Shown here: one piece after another, positions 13,229 through 26,733 of the stretch | How the letters are laid out: each line of letters opens with the position of its first letter | Numbering within the stretch: position 1 is the stretch's first letter | Assembly (NCBI RefSeq): GCF_006345805.1 | Contig: NC_043004.1 | Span: 5,704,001 to 5,768,000 of the forward strand | DNA length: 64,000 nt | From: Octopus sinensis | Lineage: Eukaryota | Direction: 5' to 3' | Notes under the pieces: model-generated | What the model was told of the DNA's origin: nothing | The model's database searches: none | The model's input: the letters and a program-made list of their open reading frames with translations, nothing else | Translations under genes and position numbers: made by a program

Positions 13229-13704
13229 CATCCTTTTCTACTCTAGGCACAAGGCCTGAAATTTTGGGGGAGGGGGGGGTTAGTCGATTAGATCGACCCC
13301 CAGTATGCAACTGGCACGTAATTTATTGACCCCGAAAGGATGAAAGGAAAAGTTGACCTTGGCAGAATCTTAGCATGGAAAGCGGACGTTAAACGATGAT
13401 GATGATGATGAATGTAAAGACAGACAAAATACCGCTAAGTATTTCACCCAGTGTGCTAATGTTTCTGCCAGCTTGCTGCCTTATACCTTAGATATATTTT
13501 TTCTACTCTAGACACAAAGCCCGAAATTTTGGGGGAGGCTGCCAGTTGATTAGACCCCAGTACACAACTGGTACTTAATTTATGGACCCCGAAAGGATGA
13601 AAGGCAGTCGACCTCAGCGGAATTTGAACTCAGAATGTAAAGGCAGATGAAATACCGCTAAGCATTTCACCCAGCGTGCTAATATTTCTGCCAGCTTGGT
13701 GCCT
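13229..13704 (-). mobile_element. Two tandem SINE family B copies bounded by three copies of a 13-bp target sequence
   Basis: tacaccttagata (13216), tataccttagata (13482) and tacacctcagatg (13705) flank two ~210-250 bp copies. Confidence 0.8.
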
Positions 13705-14562
13705 TACACCTCAGATGTATCAACTCCAAACTGAATTGTAGTGTAGACCTTACTTTAAAAGTAACAACTTCTGGGATTGTGCTGCAATTAATTAAATACC
13801 TATCTATTAATAGACTTTCAATATAAATAAGTCTTTCATTTTTTATTTTGATAAGTATTTTAGACTTGCAAAATTGACTAAATAGATGAAATATTCATCA
13901 AATTGAAAAGTCAGAATTATCATCATCATCATCATCATCCTCTAAAAAGGTGCTGGAAATTTAGAAAGCTAGAAAGATTGCAATAGTTAAACTAAGGTCA
14001 TTGATTATCTACAAAATATTTTCTACTAAATGATGAGCTTAACTTTAAGACAAGATATTTATTGTTACCATTTTTTTTTCTTTTTTCATTTAAAAGAATG
14101 TAGCTTATACTTATTGCCTGTACCTCCAAGCATGTGTTTAGTGAAAGTGTTCTGCTATAAGTGTGTGTGTGTATTTATCATCATCATCATCTTCATCATC
14201 AATAACAACAGCAGTATTTAATGTCTGTTTTCCATGCTGGCACGGGTTGAACAGTTTGACAGGAACTGGTAAGGCCTGGAACAACACCAGGCTCCATTGT
14301 CTATTTTGGCATGGTTTCTACCGCTGGATACCCTTCCTAATGCCCACCACTGGAGTGTGCTGGATGCCTTTTACATGGCACCAACACCAGTTCTTTTTAT
14401 GTGGAACCAGTACCGGTGCTTTTTATGTGGTGCCAGCATTGGTGGTTTTTAAGTGGCACCAAATTTCAGCCTGAATTGGCCCAGGCCATGACTAACTTAT
14501 CAGCACCACCAGGAAAAGGCATTTAATGATGATTGATTTTACAGTCATTCTTTTGGTACCAT

Positions 14563-14722
14563 AGCTATTCAAGTAAAGAATTATTGTTTGCAGTGATATA
14601 TCCAAGGTGGTTTATCTGGAATTTGTTGGTGATAGTCATATAGGAACTGTTTGAATGTTATGAGATCTTTTTCTTCTCTTATGTGTCTTGGAATGCAGTC
14701 AAAGAACATTCAGATTGTTCAG
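14563..14722 (-). mobile_element. Old CR1-type LINE 3' fragment
   Basis: Minus strand FDCIPRHIREEKDLITFKQFLYDYHQQIPDKP / GYITANNNSLLE* aligns by eye with FNSIPVHVR...FKLQLDRYLSTIRDEP..PGY...SNSLLH of the 9.9 kb LINE. Confidence 0.7.
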
Positions 14723-15680
14723 GTAATTGTGATACTTATTCTCATGGTTTTGAATTCATCATGTATCATCTCATGGCTTCCAGATTTATATAATGTGACT
14801 GTTTGTTTATTTTTAGAATGACATTGTAGAGTAAGTATGAGAAGCTGGATGTAGCCAATTTCATTATAAAACAAGTAGAATATTTTGGCTGGATAAGGGC
14901 CAGTTCCGATGCTAAGGGGTTAAAAGCATAAAAATTTTAAAAACATCTAAAAACCAATACTGAAGTGGATAATCAAATAAAATATTTGTGAAAATATGCT
15001 CAAACCATTTTATTAAAACATTATATGCCAATGAATTTCTAAAAATGTTTTTTTAGGTTCTATCATTTTCCTAGTCGCATATCTTGGAACCGTTTACCAA
15101 CATAAAATTAGGGATGCCTGCTCCATTTGCTAAACACTTTACAGGAAATGGAAAGTCACTAGCTACAATTTATTTGAAGAAATTATTTTTTAAAAATACA
15201 AAAGCATTCACTTTTTTTTAATATATGTTAATAAAAAAGTTGTAAGGTTGGCTTGAAATGTGGCCTAAAGACTAATGGAATGTAACTCATATAGCTAAAT
15301 CCCTAGTTGATAAGCTATATAAAGTTATTTATTTTCCCATACTGTTTAAATGTTGCTATGGTTTTTTAGTGTTTCTGTTTTTCTTTTTTGATTTGAATTG
15401 TTTATTTTTTAAATTGGGGTAAAATGTAGATTAGTATATTTGAGAAAAAGAATTCCTTTGAGGATTTTCTGGTTAGTTTTGAAGTCATTGATAATTCAAC
15501 AACTTGTGTTATAGCATTTGTTTATATAATCAGTCCACTTGTGAATTTGATATACTTTCCAAATTGTAGTGAGACAACACTAAGGAAGCCGAAGCTGTGT
15601 AACAATTTGACAAATGTCTCTTTCAATTGAAATGAGTCCTGGGTAGGTTGGTATTTATTTTGCCTATTTTTATATTTTAG

Positions 15681-15819
15681 AATCCAACAATGAATTAAAT
15701 GGCTTGGTGGAAGACAAGGAGATAGCAGCCCGAGCTGTAGCATTGGTTGTTAACAGCTCTCGGAAAGGGATTGTACCACTTTGTGCTGATGTAGCAAATC
15801 TTTTGAGAGCTAAAAAAAG
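15681..15819 (+). CDS. Internal coding exon (139 nt; phase 1 in, phase 2 out) of an unidentified gene: SNNELNGLVEDKEIAARAVALVVNSSRKGIVPLCADVANLLRAKK(R)
   Basis: Pyrimidine-rich acceptor tttttatattttag|AA and consensus donor AAG|gtaagt. Only one of three frames is open; sequence is unique, non-repetitive and higher in GC than its flanks. Confidence 0.8.
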
Positions 15820-17569
15820 GTAAGTCTTTAGTTTCTTTATTTGCCAGCCACGTTGATTCTGTTACATAAATGCACCTTTACGATTCTTGTTATTCAATTG
15901 TTTCTTTGATTGGTACTGTCTTGCTTCCAAATACTGTATTGGTTTAAAAAAAAAAAACAACAACAACATAAAGAGCCTTACTTTCGTACCCCTTCACCAT
16001 AAAACAATATTAGCCACTGTTTGTTTGTATTTGTTTTTCTGCAGCTTTCTTCTTTCATTATTCTTCTTTATTTTTTTAATTGTATAGTTTTTAGTTAGTG
16101 AGTTACTGTTCCAAACCCAAGTTTGGTTTTTGACAGTTTGATTTAAAACCATAAACAACTTGTAAATGTGATGCTGAATGCCCTTTAGTTGCCCCTCCCC
16201 CTCTCCCTGCTACAAAAAAATACATTTTCATCCATTAGAGTAGACAGATTTTTCTATATATTCATTTGCACACAAAAATAGCCTGTCTTCAATATCTGTC
16301 TAATAATGATAAATAAATCCAATATTTTGGTTGGTGATTTTTATGACACTTATGATTATTTACAAGTTATAAAATGGTGTTTATTACTTTCATTCTTTGT
16401 TTTCAAAATTGATGTATTTCCAGTTTTACATTTACTCCAAATACTAAAGATCTTTTGGTATTCTTCATTTTCTGTACCTCTTTCTGAAGATTCATTTCTC
16501 TTTTGTCATTTCTGTCAGTTCATAATTCATCCTTTTCTCAAGTAATAAATATTTAATTTGAAACCATTAGCTTCAAACTAAGTTTTCTGTTCAGAAAGTA
16601 TATACAAGTGTGGAGTAACTTGATAAAAAAAAAAAAACCATGTTGTTTTTTCCATGAGCAACTCCCAGTTTTAAAGATTCTGGTTAGCAAAGATTTTGGT
16701 TCGTCATCTGTTACAACTTACCCAATCAGTCTCACATTTTCACACTACCTAAGCCATATGAATGGAAATAGTCTTTTTCTTGGGGGCAAGAGATATAGCA
16801 TCCTTCAGCAAATACAGACAATCTACAAAACCAAAACATTATACATTGTCAAATCATCATCATTTACTGTTCACTTTCTATGGTCACCATTCCTGTCACC
16901 ATTCCTCACTTGTTTTCAGACAAATTTCCTTATTGCCAAACTGTTTTTCATGGAAGAGTAGAAGTGAACAGTCTTGCTTGTATGACACTGATGCTCATTT
17001 ACAGTGATCATATGATGTCTAGACAAGGGTACACACAAACACACACACACATGCACATACATCTTAATCATCCATTAACCATGCTCACATCAGTTGGATG
17101 GTTTGACAGGATCCTGTGAGTCTCAGGGTTTCTTTCAGTTTCCATTTACCAAATTCACTCACAAACCTTTGGTCAACCCAGTGCTATAGTAGAAGACATT
17201 TGCCCAAGATGCCACACGTTGGGACTGAACCCAAGATCACATGATTGGGAAGCAAGCTTCTTAACCACACAACCATGCCCTAAATCTAATAAATATTTTC
17301 CTCAGAACTATAATGCATTCACTTAATAAATGCTCTCTTAGTTTAACTTAGAACTTATCACAGTACTCTGGCGGCAATACTGTATCTTCCATAATTAACT
17401 GATTTATCTAACTAATTTTTAGCATTCCATATTTTGGGATTCATGTCAATCAGTCATTTGACAGGCATAGATCTGCATAAGACCTGATTGCCATTTTGCA
17501 AATGTTCGACTTTTGGTACACCATCTAGCTTATATACTCTCGTGCTCTTTTATCACAAATATTACAAAT

Positions 17570-18150
17570 TCTTGTAAAGTTATATTTAACGTGAACGTAT
17601 TTGGATGTAAGATCTTGCTACAGAGACATGTTTGAAAGCAAAAAAAAAATGGATTCTTACATTTGTCTAGGTGGAGAATTTTCTCCTGAGACTTTTTCTA
17701 CAGCAAAGGGTCTTATGTCTGAATACACTCAAATATGTTAAATGTGACTTTGTACAAAAATTTTTATTCAATGCTTCATGCAACATTATTTATTCAATTC
17801 TAGCTCATCTAAGTTTTATGCACATCAATAAACATTCTATATGCTATTTTAATAAGAATGATTTCGTTCTTATTTGGGCTGTGAATGACAGATTTGATTT
17901 TCATTGCTGATGAAGCAGAACAAAAAAAAAATACCTGTGCTCTATGATCCATTGATATCATTCACAACCCAAAAATTGTGTTTACACATGTCTAGGTGGT
18001 GAAATTCCTTGAGACAGTCTTCACAGTGAAAGGTCTTATCATGTCCAAATACATGCAAACGTGTTAAATATAACTTTACACAAATATTTTTTATTCAACA
18101 CTGCTTCATGTAACATTATTTGTTACAAATCCTGTTCCACTTAAGCTCAT
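17570..18150. repeat. Diverged direct plus inverted repeat unit (foldback-like relic)
   Basis: 17660-17810 resembles 17985-18150 (tgtctaggtgg...tgttaaat.t.actttt...ttttattcaa.tgcttcatg.aacattattt). 17570-17630 is an inverted partial copy. Confidence 0.65.
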
Positions 18151-18624
18151 TAGTTGTACTTGTTACTCTGCATTTTGCCACCCATGTTGTGTTTCTCCCC
18201 AATGTTTTTATGAAGCTTGACATGCAATTCTTCATTCTAATGACTACTGACATGCATAACTACTTTCATTCTCATGTGTTGCCAAAGTATACCAACTTTC
18301 AACTTGGTTCCATTAATTAGCCTTATCAATCTTACTTGCCTTTCACAAGTGTTTCGAAAGACTATGAGCAATATTTTTATTCAGACAATAATTTTTTAAA
18401 GACTTCTCAAACTTTTAATTTCTCTGAGAAAACTTATTCTTCTCCAAACATAACTCATCATCACCATCATTCTAAATAAGCACCAATTAAGAACTGGTAT
18501 CAATGCAGCTGATTTACTATTCCCCTAAAATTGCTGGCCTTCTGTCCAAATTTTGAAAGCATTATTGCTGTTGTCTTTTATTCAGCCAGTGAAATTTGCA
18601 GCAAGAAAAATCAAAAGTTGTAAT

Positions 18625-18802
18625 AGGCGCAGAAGTGGCTGTGTGGTAAGTAGCTTGCTTACAGACCACATGGTTCTGGGTTCAGTCCCACTGTGTGGCA
18701 CCTTGGGCAAGTGTCTTCTACTATAGCCTCGGGCTGACCAAAGCCTTGTGAGTGGATTTGGTAGACGGAAACTGAAAGAAGCCCATCGTATATTTGTATA
18801 TG

Positions 18803-18837
<35 letters not shown>

Positions 18838-19045
18838 TCGTGTGTCTGTGTTTGTCCCCTCAACGTTGCTTGACAATTGATACTGGTGTGTTTACGTACC
18901 TGTAACTTAGCAATTTGGCAAAAGCGACCGATAGAATTAGTACTATGCTTACAAAGAATAAGTCCTGGGTCAATTTGCTCGACTAAAGGCAGTGCTCCAG
19001 CATGGCCACAGTCAAATGACTGAAACAAGTAAAAGAGTAAAAGAA
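18625..19045 (+). mobile_element. Full-length SINE family A (tRNA-like head, CORE-like centre, internal (TA)/(TG) microsatellite, 3' tail)
   Basis: aggcgcag.agtggctgtgtggtaag...ggttcagtccc...ggcaccttgggcaagtg...(TA/TG)n...tgactgaaacaagtaaaagag. Many copies in both orientations across the window. Confidence 0.85.
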
Positions 19046-19794
19046 AGTCATGTTTTTCTCAAAGGCATTAATAATATAAATGAAGAAGTTTTTAACAAAG
19101 ATTTCAAATTATGATGGGTTCTCAGTTCATTGCGAACTTTCCCTTATGTATTTCATATGACAAAATGAGCAAAACAACTGTAGTGATGTTTTGGAGCTTG
19201 ACATGAGGAAGGAATGTAGTTAATTGAATCAATTTTACTTGTTTCAGTCAGTGGATTGTGGCCATGCTGGAGCACTGCCTTTGAGGGTTTTAGTCAAACA
19301 AATTGACGCCAGTACTTATTTAAGTCTGGTACATATTCTCTTGGCTTCTATTGCTAAACCACTTGGCTACAAGGCTATAAACAAACCAACACCAGTTGCC
19401 AAGCAGTAAGGAAGTTTATAAGCACAGACACACACACATCCCTTTATGGCATGTCCCTGGTATATCTCTTCCATCATTTCTCTCACTATAACCCTCCTTG
19501 TCTTACTCTCCAATGCACTCTCCTCTGTGGTGGTCGTCCAAAAATATGCAAAAAGCAAAGACAGGTGAAAGAACAACAGGCTGTATTAGTTTAAACCTCA
19601 GGAAAAATGGAAGAAGCTATTCTCTTCTACAGAAAGGAATGAGGAAAGAAAACAGATGGCGAGAGAAGAAAAAATAATCAGGTCTGAATTAGCAGTTACT
19701 ACATGATGGACTGACCGGAAGGAAGGAATTGGCTTGAGACATGGGTGGCAAGGGAGGCAACAGTGACCTGGCAAAGATGTGTGTCTGAAAGCAC

Positions 19795-19854
<60 letters not shown>

Positions 19855-20916
19855 GCACATGTGTATGTGTGTCTAGGCAAGCACATGTCTGAGTAGAAAG
19901 ATTATGTGAATGTGAATGTGTTTTTTTGAGTGTGTGTGTATGTGCATGTATGTGTGCATCTGTGTGTGTGTTTGTGTGCAAAAGCTATTTTGTGTGTGTG
20001 TGTGTGTGTGTGTATGCAGTGTGCAAATAGTGTGTGTGCATGCATGTGTGTCCTTGTGTCCGTGTTCAGTGTGTGTATGTGCATAAGAGGCAGTTGGATG
20101 TGTGTGTGTGTGATGCTATTGTGTGCTGTATGTACAATTCCTGAATACTGTGTGTGTTTATGAATATGTGTATGTGTGTGAGCAGTTTGTGTCCCAGCTT
20201 TTAGCTACTGTCTGTATATATATATATATACACACACACACAGTATATATATATATACACTCACACATACGTACAAGATGGGCTTCTGTACCATTTCTGT
20301 CTATCAAATTCCCTCGCAAGGCATTGGTCAACCTGGTGATATAGTAGAATATACTTGCCCAAGGTATCATGCAATGGGGCTGAACCTGAAACCATGTGGT
20401 TGTAAAGCAAGCTTCTTAACCACACAACCATTACTCAGATTGGGGTTGAGGATAAAATGCCAGGTCAATCTTTGTAGGAATTAAACTCAGAATGTAAAGG
20501 AACAAAATTATATACTGCAAGATATTTAGTATTTGGTATATGTTCTGAAAATTGTAGAAATATTTTAAGGTTTGGTTTGTATTAGCTATGATAGGGAAGG
20601 CCATGCTAGAACACCACCTTTAACTAAATGAAGATTGTCCATCCACACTGATAAGGTTATGTAATGATAAGAGCTGCAATGATGAGCTAGCTGATAAACT
20701 ACAAGCGTAACTTCTTTTATGAAGATTCAACTTAACTGCCACAGTATAAAGATAACTACATAACTACTAAATAAATGGTAATTCTGGGAAGCCTTTATAA
20801 ATCAATCCATGAAATACTTTAAATTACTAAACGAATGAATTCCTAATCAAAAAGAAATACTGTTCCTGTTTCTCTATCTCTCCAAGATACATGCATATAT
20901 GTGTGTGTGTGTACAT

Positions 20917-20988
<72 letters not shown>

Positions 20989-20991
<3 letters not shown>

Positions 20992-21128
20992 CAAATTGTT
21001 TGTAACAAATCTTTTGAGAAGTTAGGAAAATACCTTGGTAAGAGTTTTATATATATATATATATATATATATAGCTTACCAAGATATTTTCTAAGTTCTC
21101 AAAAGATTTGTTGAAAACAAATTTGCTT
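20989..21128. repeat. ~54-bp inverted repeat arms around a (TA)n spacer (hairpin/MITE-like)
   Basis: aagcaaattgtttgtaacaaatcttttgagaagttaggaaaataccttggtaag (20989-21042) is the near reverse complement of 21075-21128. Confidence 0.85.
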
Positions 21129-24100
21129 ATTATTGGTATTTACACAATTTTGTAGCATAGGATGTCATAACATATGCAAGCCAGCCATTTTGTGGAGAAG
21201 CTAGATTCATTACTAATAGAATTCTATCAAGTAAATATATCAATTTCTGGGATTTATATTTAACTATTATTCCATTTATTTATCTGAAAATATATAAATT
21301 GAAGAGAGGAAGAAAAGGAAACTAGCAGCAATTTGTAAGCTGGCTATATCTAAACCCCTGGGAAACATATGTTCTATAATAGTTACAAGTATAAATAACT
21401 TAAGTAAAACAGTAAACATCACACGTTGTTAAAAGCTTGAGATGAAGTTTTCATGTTGCTTCTTATAGTTGCTTGTAGTAGAAAAGCTCTTATATCCAAT
21501 TGTAACCACTGGATTTTAGATGACCACATTATACAGCCAGCTTGCCAGCCAGCCAGCCAATTAGCTGACTCCCTCACACTAGCTACACACAAGTTCAATA
21601 GGTGACCTGCCATGAATAGTCTTGTGTTTCACTGGATTGCCCTACTTAAGTAGCTTTTGCAAAACTTTGTAATTGTATATATACGTTCTTCAAATTGAAT
21701 GAAGTTTGTGTTTTAGGTAACTTTCTAGAGAGATGGTAAAGTTGGTTAAAAAGTAATGTGACCCAGAAACATACAGAATACATGTGAGTGTGTGTGTGTT
21801 AGGTTTCTCACTTAACCATGTACTAAGTCTTGCGATTTCTCTGAGGGAGAAGGTAAGGGGTAATAGTCGAATGACTCAGCCCAAATGTATTACAGCTACT
21901 TATTTTGTCTACTGTTATTTCATGAAAGGCAGGTTCAATTCCTGTGGGATTTGACCTCGGAAACATGAGAAGGCAAACGAGATACTGTAAAGCAGTTTCT
22001 CTGAAGAAGGGTTTCCTGCCTCTAATGTTGTGAATTTTTTCCTTCTTCTTCTTCTTCTATTCAGAACACTCTAACATTAAACATAATCAAAACTTTGTTG
22101 AGCTGACTTTTGCTGTCCTTCATTGGAGAATCTCTGATAAAACCATTTGATAGTTTCTCTTTTTAGCACAATCAAATTCCTCAGTTTTCTTTTTTTATAC
22201 ATATGTTTTGACTGAATTGACATCTAATTATATTTATATTATATGATTTTGTAAATAAGATTTTTTATGTTTTAATTAGGGGGTGGGTTTGCTCTGTCAT
22301 CTCGTCACTACCATTTTATCTTCTTCCCAGTTACTCCCCTCACTTTCCTTATATGGTGCAGGGTAGCCTTGTATCTCCTCTACAGTAAGACACCTGGACT
22401 TGTCCCTCTATCATATTTTAATACCCCAACACCTGGCATAAATCCACACACACACTCCACTTAGTCAGTGGAGCTTTTTTCTTTCCTTTTTTTGTTCTTT
22501 TCTTGTCTTTTGCAAGTTACTTGGTGTGCTAGCAGCATGAAACAAATTACTCAGTACACATTGTAAAATGGTTAGCCTTAGGAAGGGCATCCAGCCATAG
22601 AAACTGTGCCAAAGCTGACCTCAGAGCTCAGTGCAACCCTGCAGCTTGCCAGATCCTGTCAAACTGTTCAGCCAATACCAGCATATAAAACAGGTAATAG
22701 ATGAGGATGAGGAAGAAGAGAATGGTCGTTAGTCCCAATAACCCTTTACTGCGTTTCCTATACTTTGGGGAGGGAAGAAACTGTCCTCAGACTGGAGATT
22801 TGGCCTGAATACTTATAGCTGAGTGGACTCCACTAAATGCACCCAAGGTGCCAGGTGGTGATGTTAAACAGAGCAATGGATTGAGCCTACTCTTCCCCAA
22901 GTAGGTCACTGCAGGATTTTAACTCAGAACACAAAAGAATCAGAACAAATACCACTAGGCATCCAGTCTAATGTTCTTACATTTCCACCAATAATCCACT
23001 GCCTCAAATTGATACTTTGTTATCAAACCTCAACCCCCGAAAGGAGGAAAAGCAAAGCTGACCCCAGCAAGCATTTGAACCCCATACACAATGAATTAGA
23101 ACAAATACCATGAGGTATTTGTCTCTACTGGCTCTGCCAGTTTGTCATCATTGATTCAGTAAAAAACAATAAACAAATTGCAATAGGTTTCAGACACTGG
23201 CTTTGTATTTCTTCTCTCAGGTAGAATATGACCATCTTAATCCATCTAGCCGAGAATAGGTGCTTTTCTCACTTCATACTTAAAAAGAAGGTTGTGAAAA
23301 CCTCCCAAGGTCCTTCAATATATAGAACATGAAGAAAACTACTACTGAACATGGCATGTATATTATTGAAAGTATTGACTTAGCTTGTCACTAGACTTCA
23401 CCATAATACCCACAGATTCTTGTTCAGCTAAACATCTGTCCTCCAGAATTAATAAGGAAATATTGACAATCATTAAAAGAAAGTGAAATGAACAATGGCT
23501 ATGATAAATATTTGCTTCAGCATCCATGCAAAATATAGTTTGAAGAGCCATCTGAGCCACACTAGCAGAGAAAATTATTGTATAGTGAGTTTTAAAAAGT
23601 TCATTAGTAGTTCTCTTGTAAATATACTGTTCCAGATTTAAAGTTCTGCTAGGAACCAGCAATGATATAATTAGAATAATAATAAAATATTAGAGGTTTA
23701 TCAGTGATAAATATTACACTCTCATCTTGTTAATGAGACCTCTACTGTTTGTCTTATCGTAGCTCATATGATGAACAGGAATAAAAAAATAATTAATTTC
23801 CTATCTCTGTACATCTGCAATTGTGTGTTTACATAGGTTATTAATACTAAAACATATAACTATATACATATATAGACGGAAACGTAATGCAGAGGAAATA
23901 ATAAGTTATACAATTATGTGTTCAAACTTACAGCAAGTTTTGCAATATGATTTTTTCCAGTACATACTAGGTGTGCCATCCTGTTCACTATCGTGCAAAC
24001 TTATGACATCTTATGATATGTATATATATGTGATAAACTAAGGACTTTTATATGACAAAGTTAAGTCAACATAGTAATAGATTTCTTCATAAATTCTAAT

Positions 24101-25700
24101 GCTATCTTTGAGTGCTTGAGATTATTCTAAATTCATTTACTGTGCAAGTGAGTACTATTAAATAAATAAAGGGTACAGAAGGAAATTAGTCATATCATAA
24201 CAGAAAATTTCCATAAATTGGGTTTCAAATGTGTAAATATCATTTAGCAACTTGCAGAAAACTGCTTGGAGGGTAGCATTTCTGCTGGTGGTAATGGATT
24301 CCATTTATGTAATTGTAAAATTTCATTTTATTTGATATTTCAATAATTACTAAAGTCTTTCAGGTTGTGAGCTGGCAGAACCGTTAACACGCCAGGAAAA
24401 AAGTGCTTAGCAGCATTTCATCCACTTTACATTCTGAGTTCAAATACCACCAAGATCAACTTTGCCTTTCATCTTTTTGGGGTTGTTAAAATAAATATCA
24501 GTTGAACATCTAGGGTCAATGTAATCAACTTACCCCAACTCCTGTAATTCCTGGCCTTGTATCAAAATTTGAAACCAGTAATGACTAAAGACTTTTTTTT
24601 ATTTATATAAACTGTTTTTGTACATTCTGATTTAATATTTTCTCTTACTGATATCACTGTTCTTAGATAATCACAATTCTTGCAATGTAGGGAAAATTTT
24701 ATTCGGGCATAAATGTTTGGTTTGCTGTTATAATTTCATGCAGTTCATCCTTTCAAGTACCTTCGCTGGAGCTTTGATGAATTTTGTCGCATAAAGTCAT
24801 GATATTTCTATATAGCATCTGCTGAATTTAAAATGTTTTGGTGTCCCGATAAACTTCAGATCTAGGACAAGGCTATGAAAAGAAAATATGAAGTGATGTT
24901 TATAACATTCCATGTTGTTGCAGTATTGCATGTTTTACATATTTCCTGTTTTGTGTGACTCAACATGCCGGTCATGTGGTCAGTATTATTTATCATGCAA
25001 TCTACCAATCGGACTAATTATTTAGCAGATTAAGGCTTCTACAAATAAAGAACTTTGTATAATTGCAGTTTCATTTGGACTTGGATGGATGCTATATTAT
25101 GAGATTTCACAACTTGACTAGATTGGGAGTAATACTTACTAGACTGAAATAATATTCTCTCATAGTTTATTGATCCTGTCTTTCACTTGTCTCAGTCATT
25201 GGACTGTGGCCATGCTGGGGCACCACCACAAATCAGCCCTAGGACTTATTTTTTAAAAAAATCTAGTGCTTATGCTCTCACTTTTTTGTTTGCTTGTTTT
25301 TGCCAAACCACTAAGTTATGGGGATATAAACAAACCAACACTAGTTGTCAAGCAGTGGGGGGGAGCAAACACAGAGACACACACATATATGCATATATAC
25401 ATATACCTACATGATGATGCCTGTCTGCTCATTAGATGAACGTAACCATCACAGACAGGTGTGTCAATAATGCCATGCAAGGGTTTTATGTCAAGTGCGA
25501 CTTGCACAACACCACGACAACTCTAACTAGCAATACCAAGAAGCCCAGTGACATGCCAAGTGCAAAGTATCTGGTTCAGTAGAGCAGCAAGTTTTATATA
25601 TGAGTTAGCCTTCTCCTAGAGGGATGCCTTGACAAAGACCAGGGGTCTCCCATTCCCAGTAGGCTTACTGCACCCTCAGACGCCAATCCAAATATTTCTA

Positions 25701-26280
25701 CGAGGTCTGATCAATAAGTATCCAAGCTGTTGTCATGGTAACGAAGCTATAGTATGCAGAGTAAAGCCACTGGACATAGATTGACTTTGAACTCGGATGT
25801 GCATATGTACTAAGTTTTAACATTCTAGCTCACTTCCACTGTTTAGAGCAGTGCTTCAAAGGAAGGTGTGTAGTGTGTGATTGTTGCATTGACCATGACA
25901 GAGAAAGTTGTCATGGCAATACCTGCTCAATGGTCAACACAAAGTTGAAGAAAGTGTATGGAGAGGAGTGTATGAGCAGCACATAAGTGTATGAGTGGTT
26001 CAGATGTTTCCAAGATGGCTGAAAAAATGTCAATAGTGACAAATGTTCTGGGAGACCTGCAATCATCAGAACTAAGAAAAACATCACAGATGTGCATACA
26101 GCTGTGAGGGGATATAGTTGAATCACCATCCATGAGTTATCAGAGGATGTGCAGATTAGTTATGGTTCAGTTCAGTCCATTATCATTGAAGATTTGGGTA
26201 TGAGACACATGTCTGCCAAGTTTGTATCAAAACTGCTTTCGGCTAACCAAAAAGACACTCAGGTTTCAGTTGCACAAGCC
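25701..26280 (+). mobile_element. Mariner transposon 5' remnant
   Basis: TA|CGAGGTCTGATCAATAAGTA TIR-like start. Degenerate transposase LKKVYGEECMS..VYEWFRCFQDG...SGRP...ITIHELSEDVQISYGSVQSIIIEDLGMRHMSAKFVSKLL, with in-frame stops. Confidence 0.88.
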
Positions 26281-26733
26281 TGAGGCTTTTTTTCTTCTTC
26301 TTTTCTTTTACGTGAAGAGAACTTGAAAATAGTTTTTAAATTTTTAATTTGTAGGAAAAGAACAAACACATTTATTCTGAAAGCATTATAAATGATACAA
26401 ATATATTTATTCTGACACTGTAATCACACTCACTTACAATGTGTGTGTGTGTGTGTGTGAGTGTACATGTATAAGACAAGTAGTCTCTAGCCTTCTGGTT
26501 TGAGTTATCTTTCCTTTGTTGTTCTTTCAAGTTATGTTTATAGCTATTTTAAAGTTTCTAGAAATATTTCTTTTGCCAGATTTATTATAGCCGAAACATT
26601 TTAAGAAAAAGTCAGTCATTTCATAAGTATATGCAAACCAAGTATTGTTCTGCAACCAAACCAAGCCATTATTTCCTCTGCGTGGTTTTGAATAGTGCTT
26701 GGAACTGTAGAATATAGCATCTAGGGTTTTATA

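Noticed and set aside
15057-15150. Possible exon after the ttttttag acceptor
   Set aside because: All frames stop quickly and there is no good donor; FP.RISWNRLP resembles a decayed LINE 3' end.
22741-22795. Minus-strand CUGAGGA...GAAAC-gca-GUA hammerhead-like order
   Set aside because: Neither stem I nor stem II can pair; likely chance.
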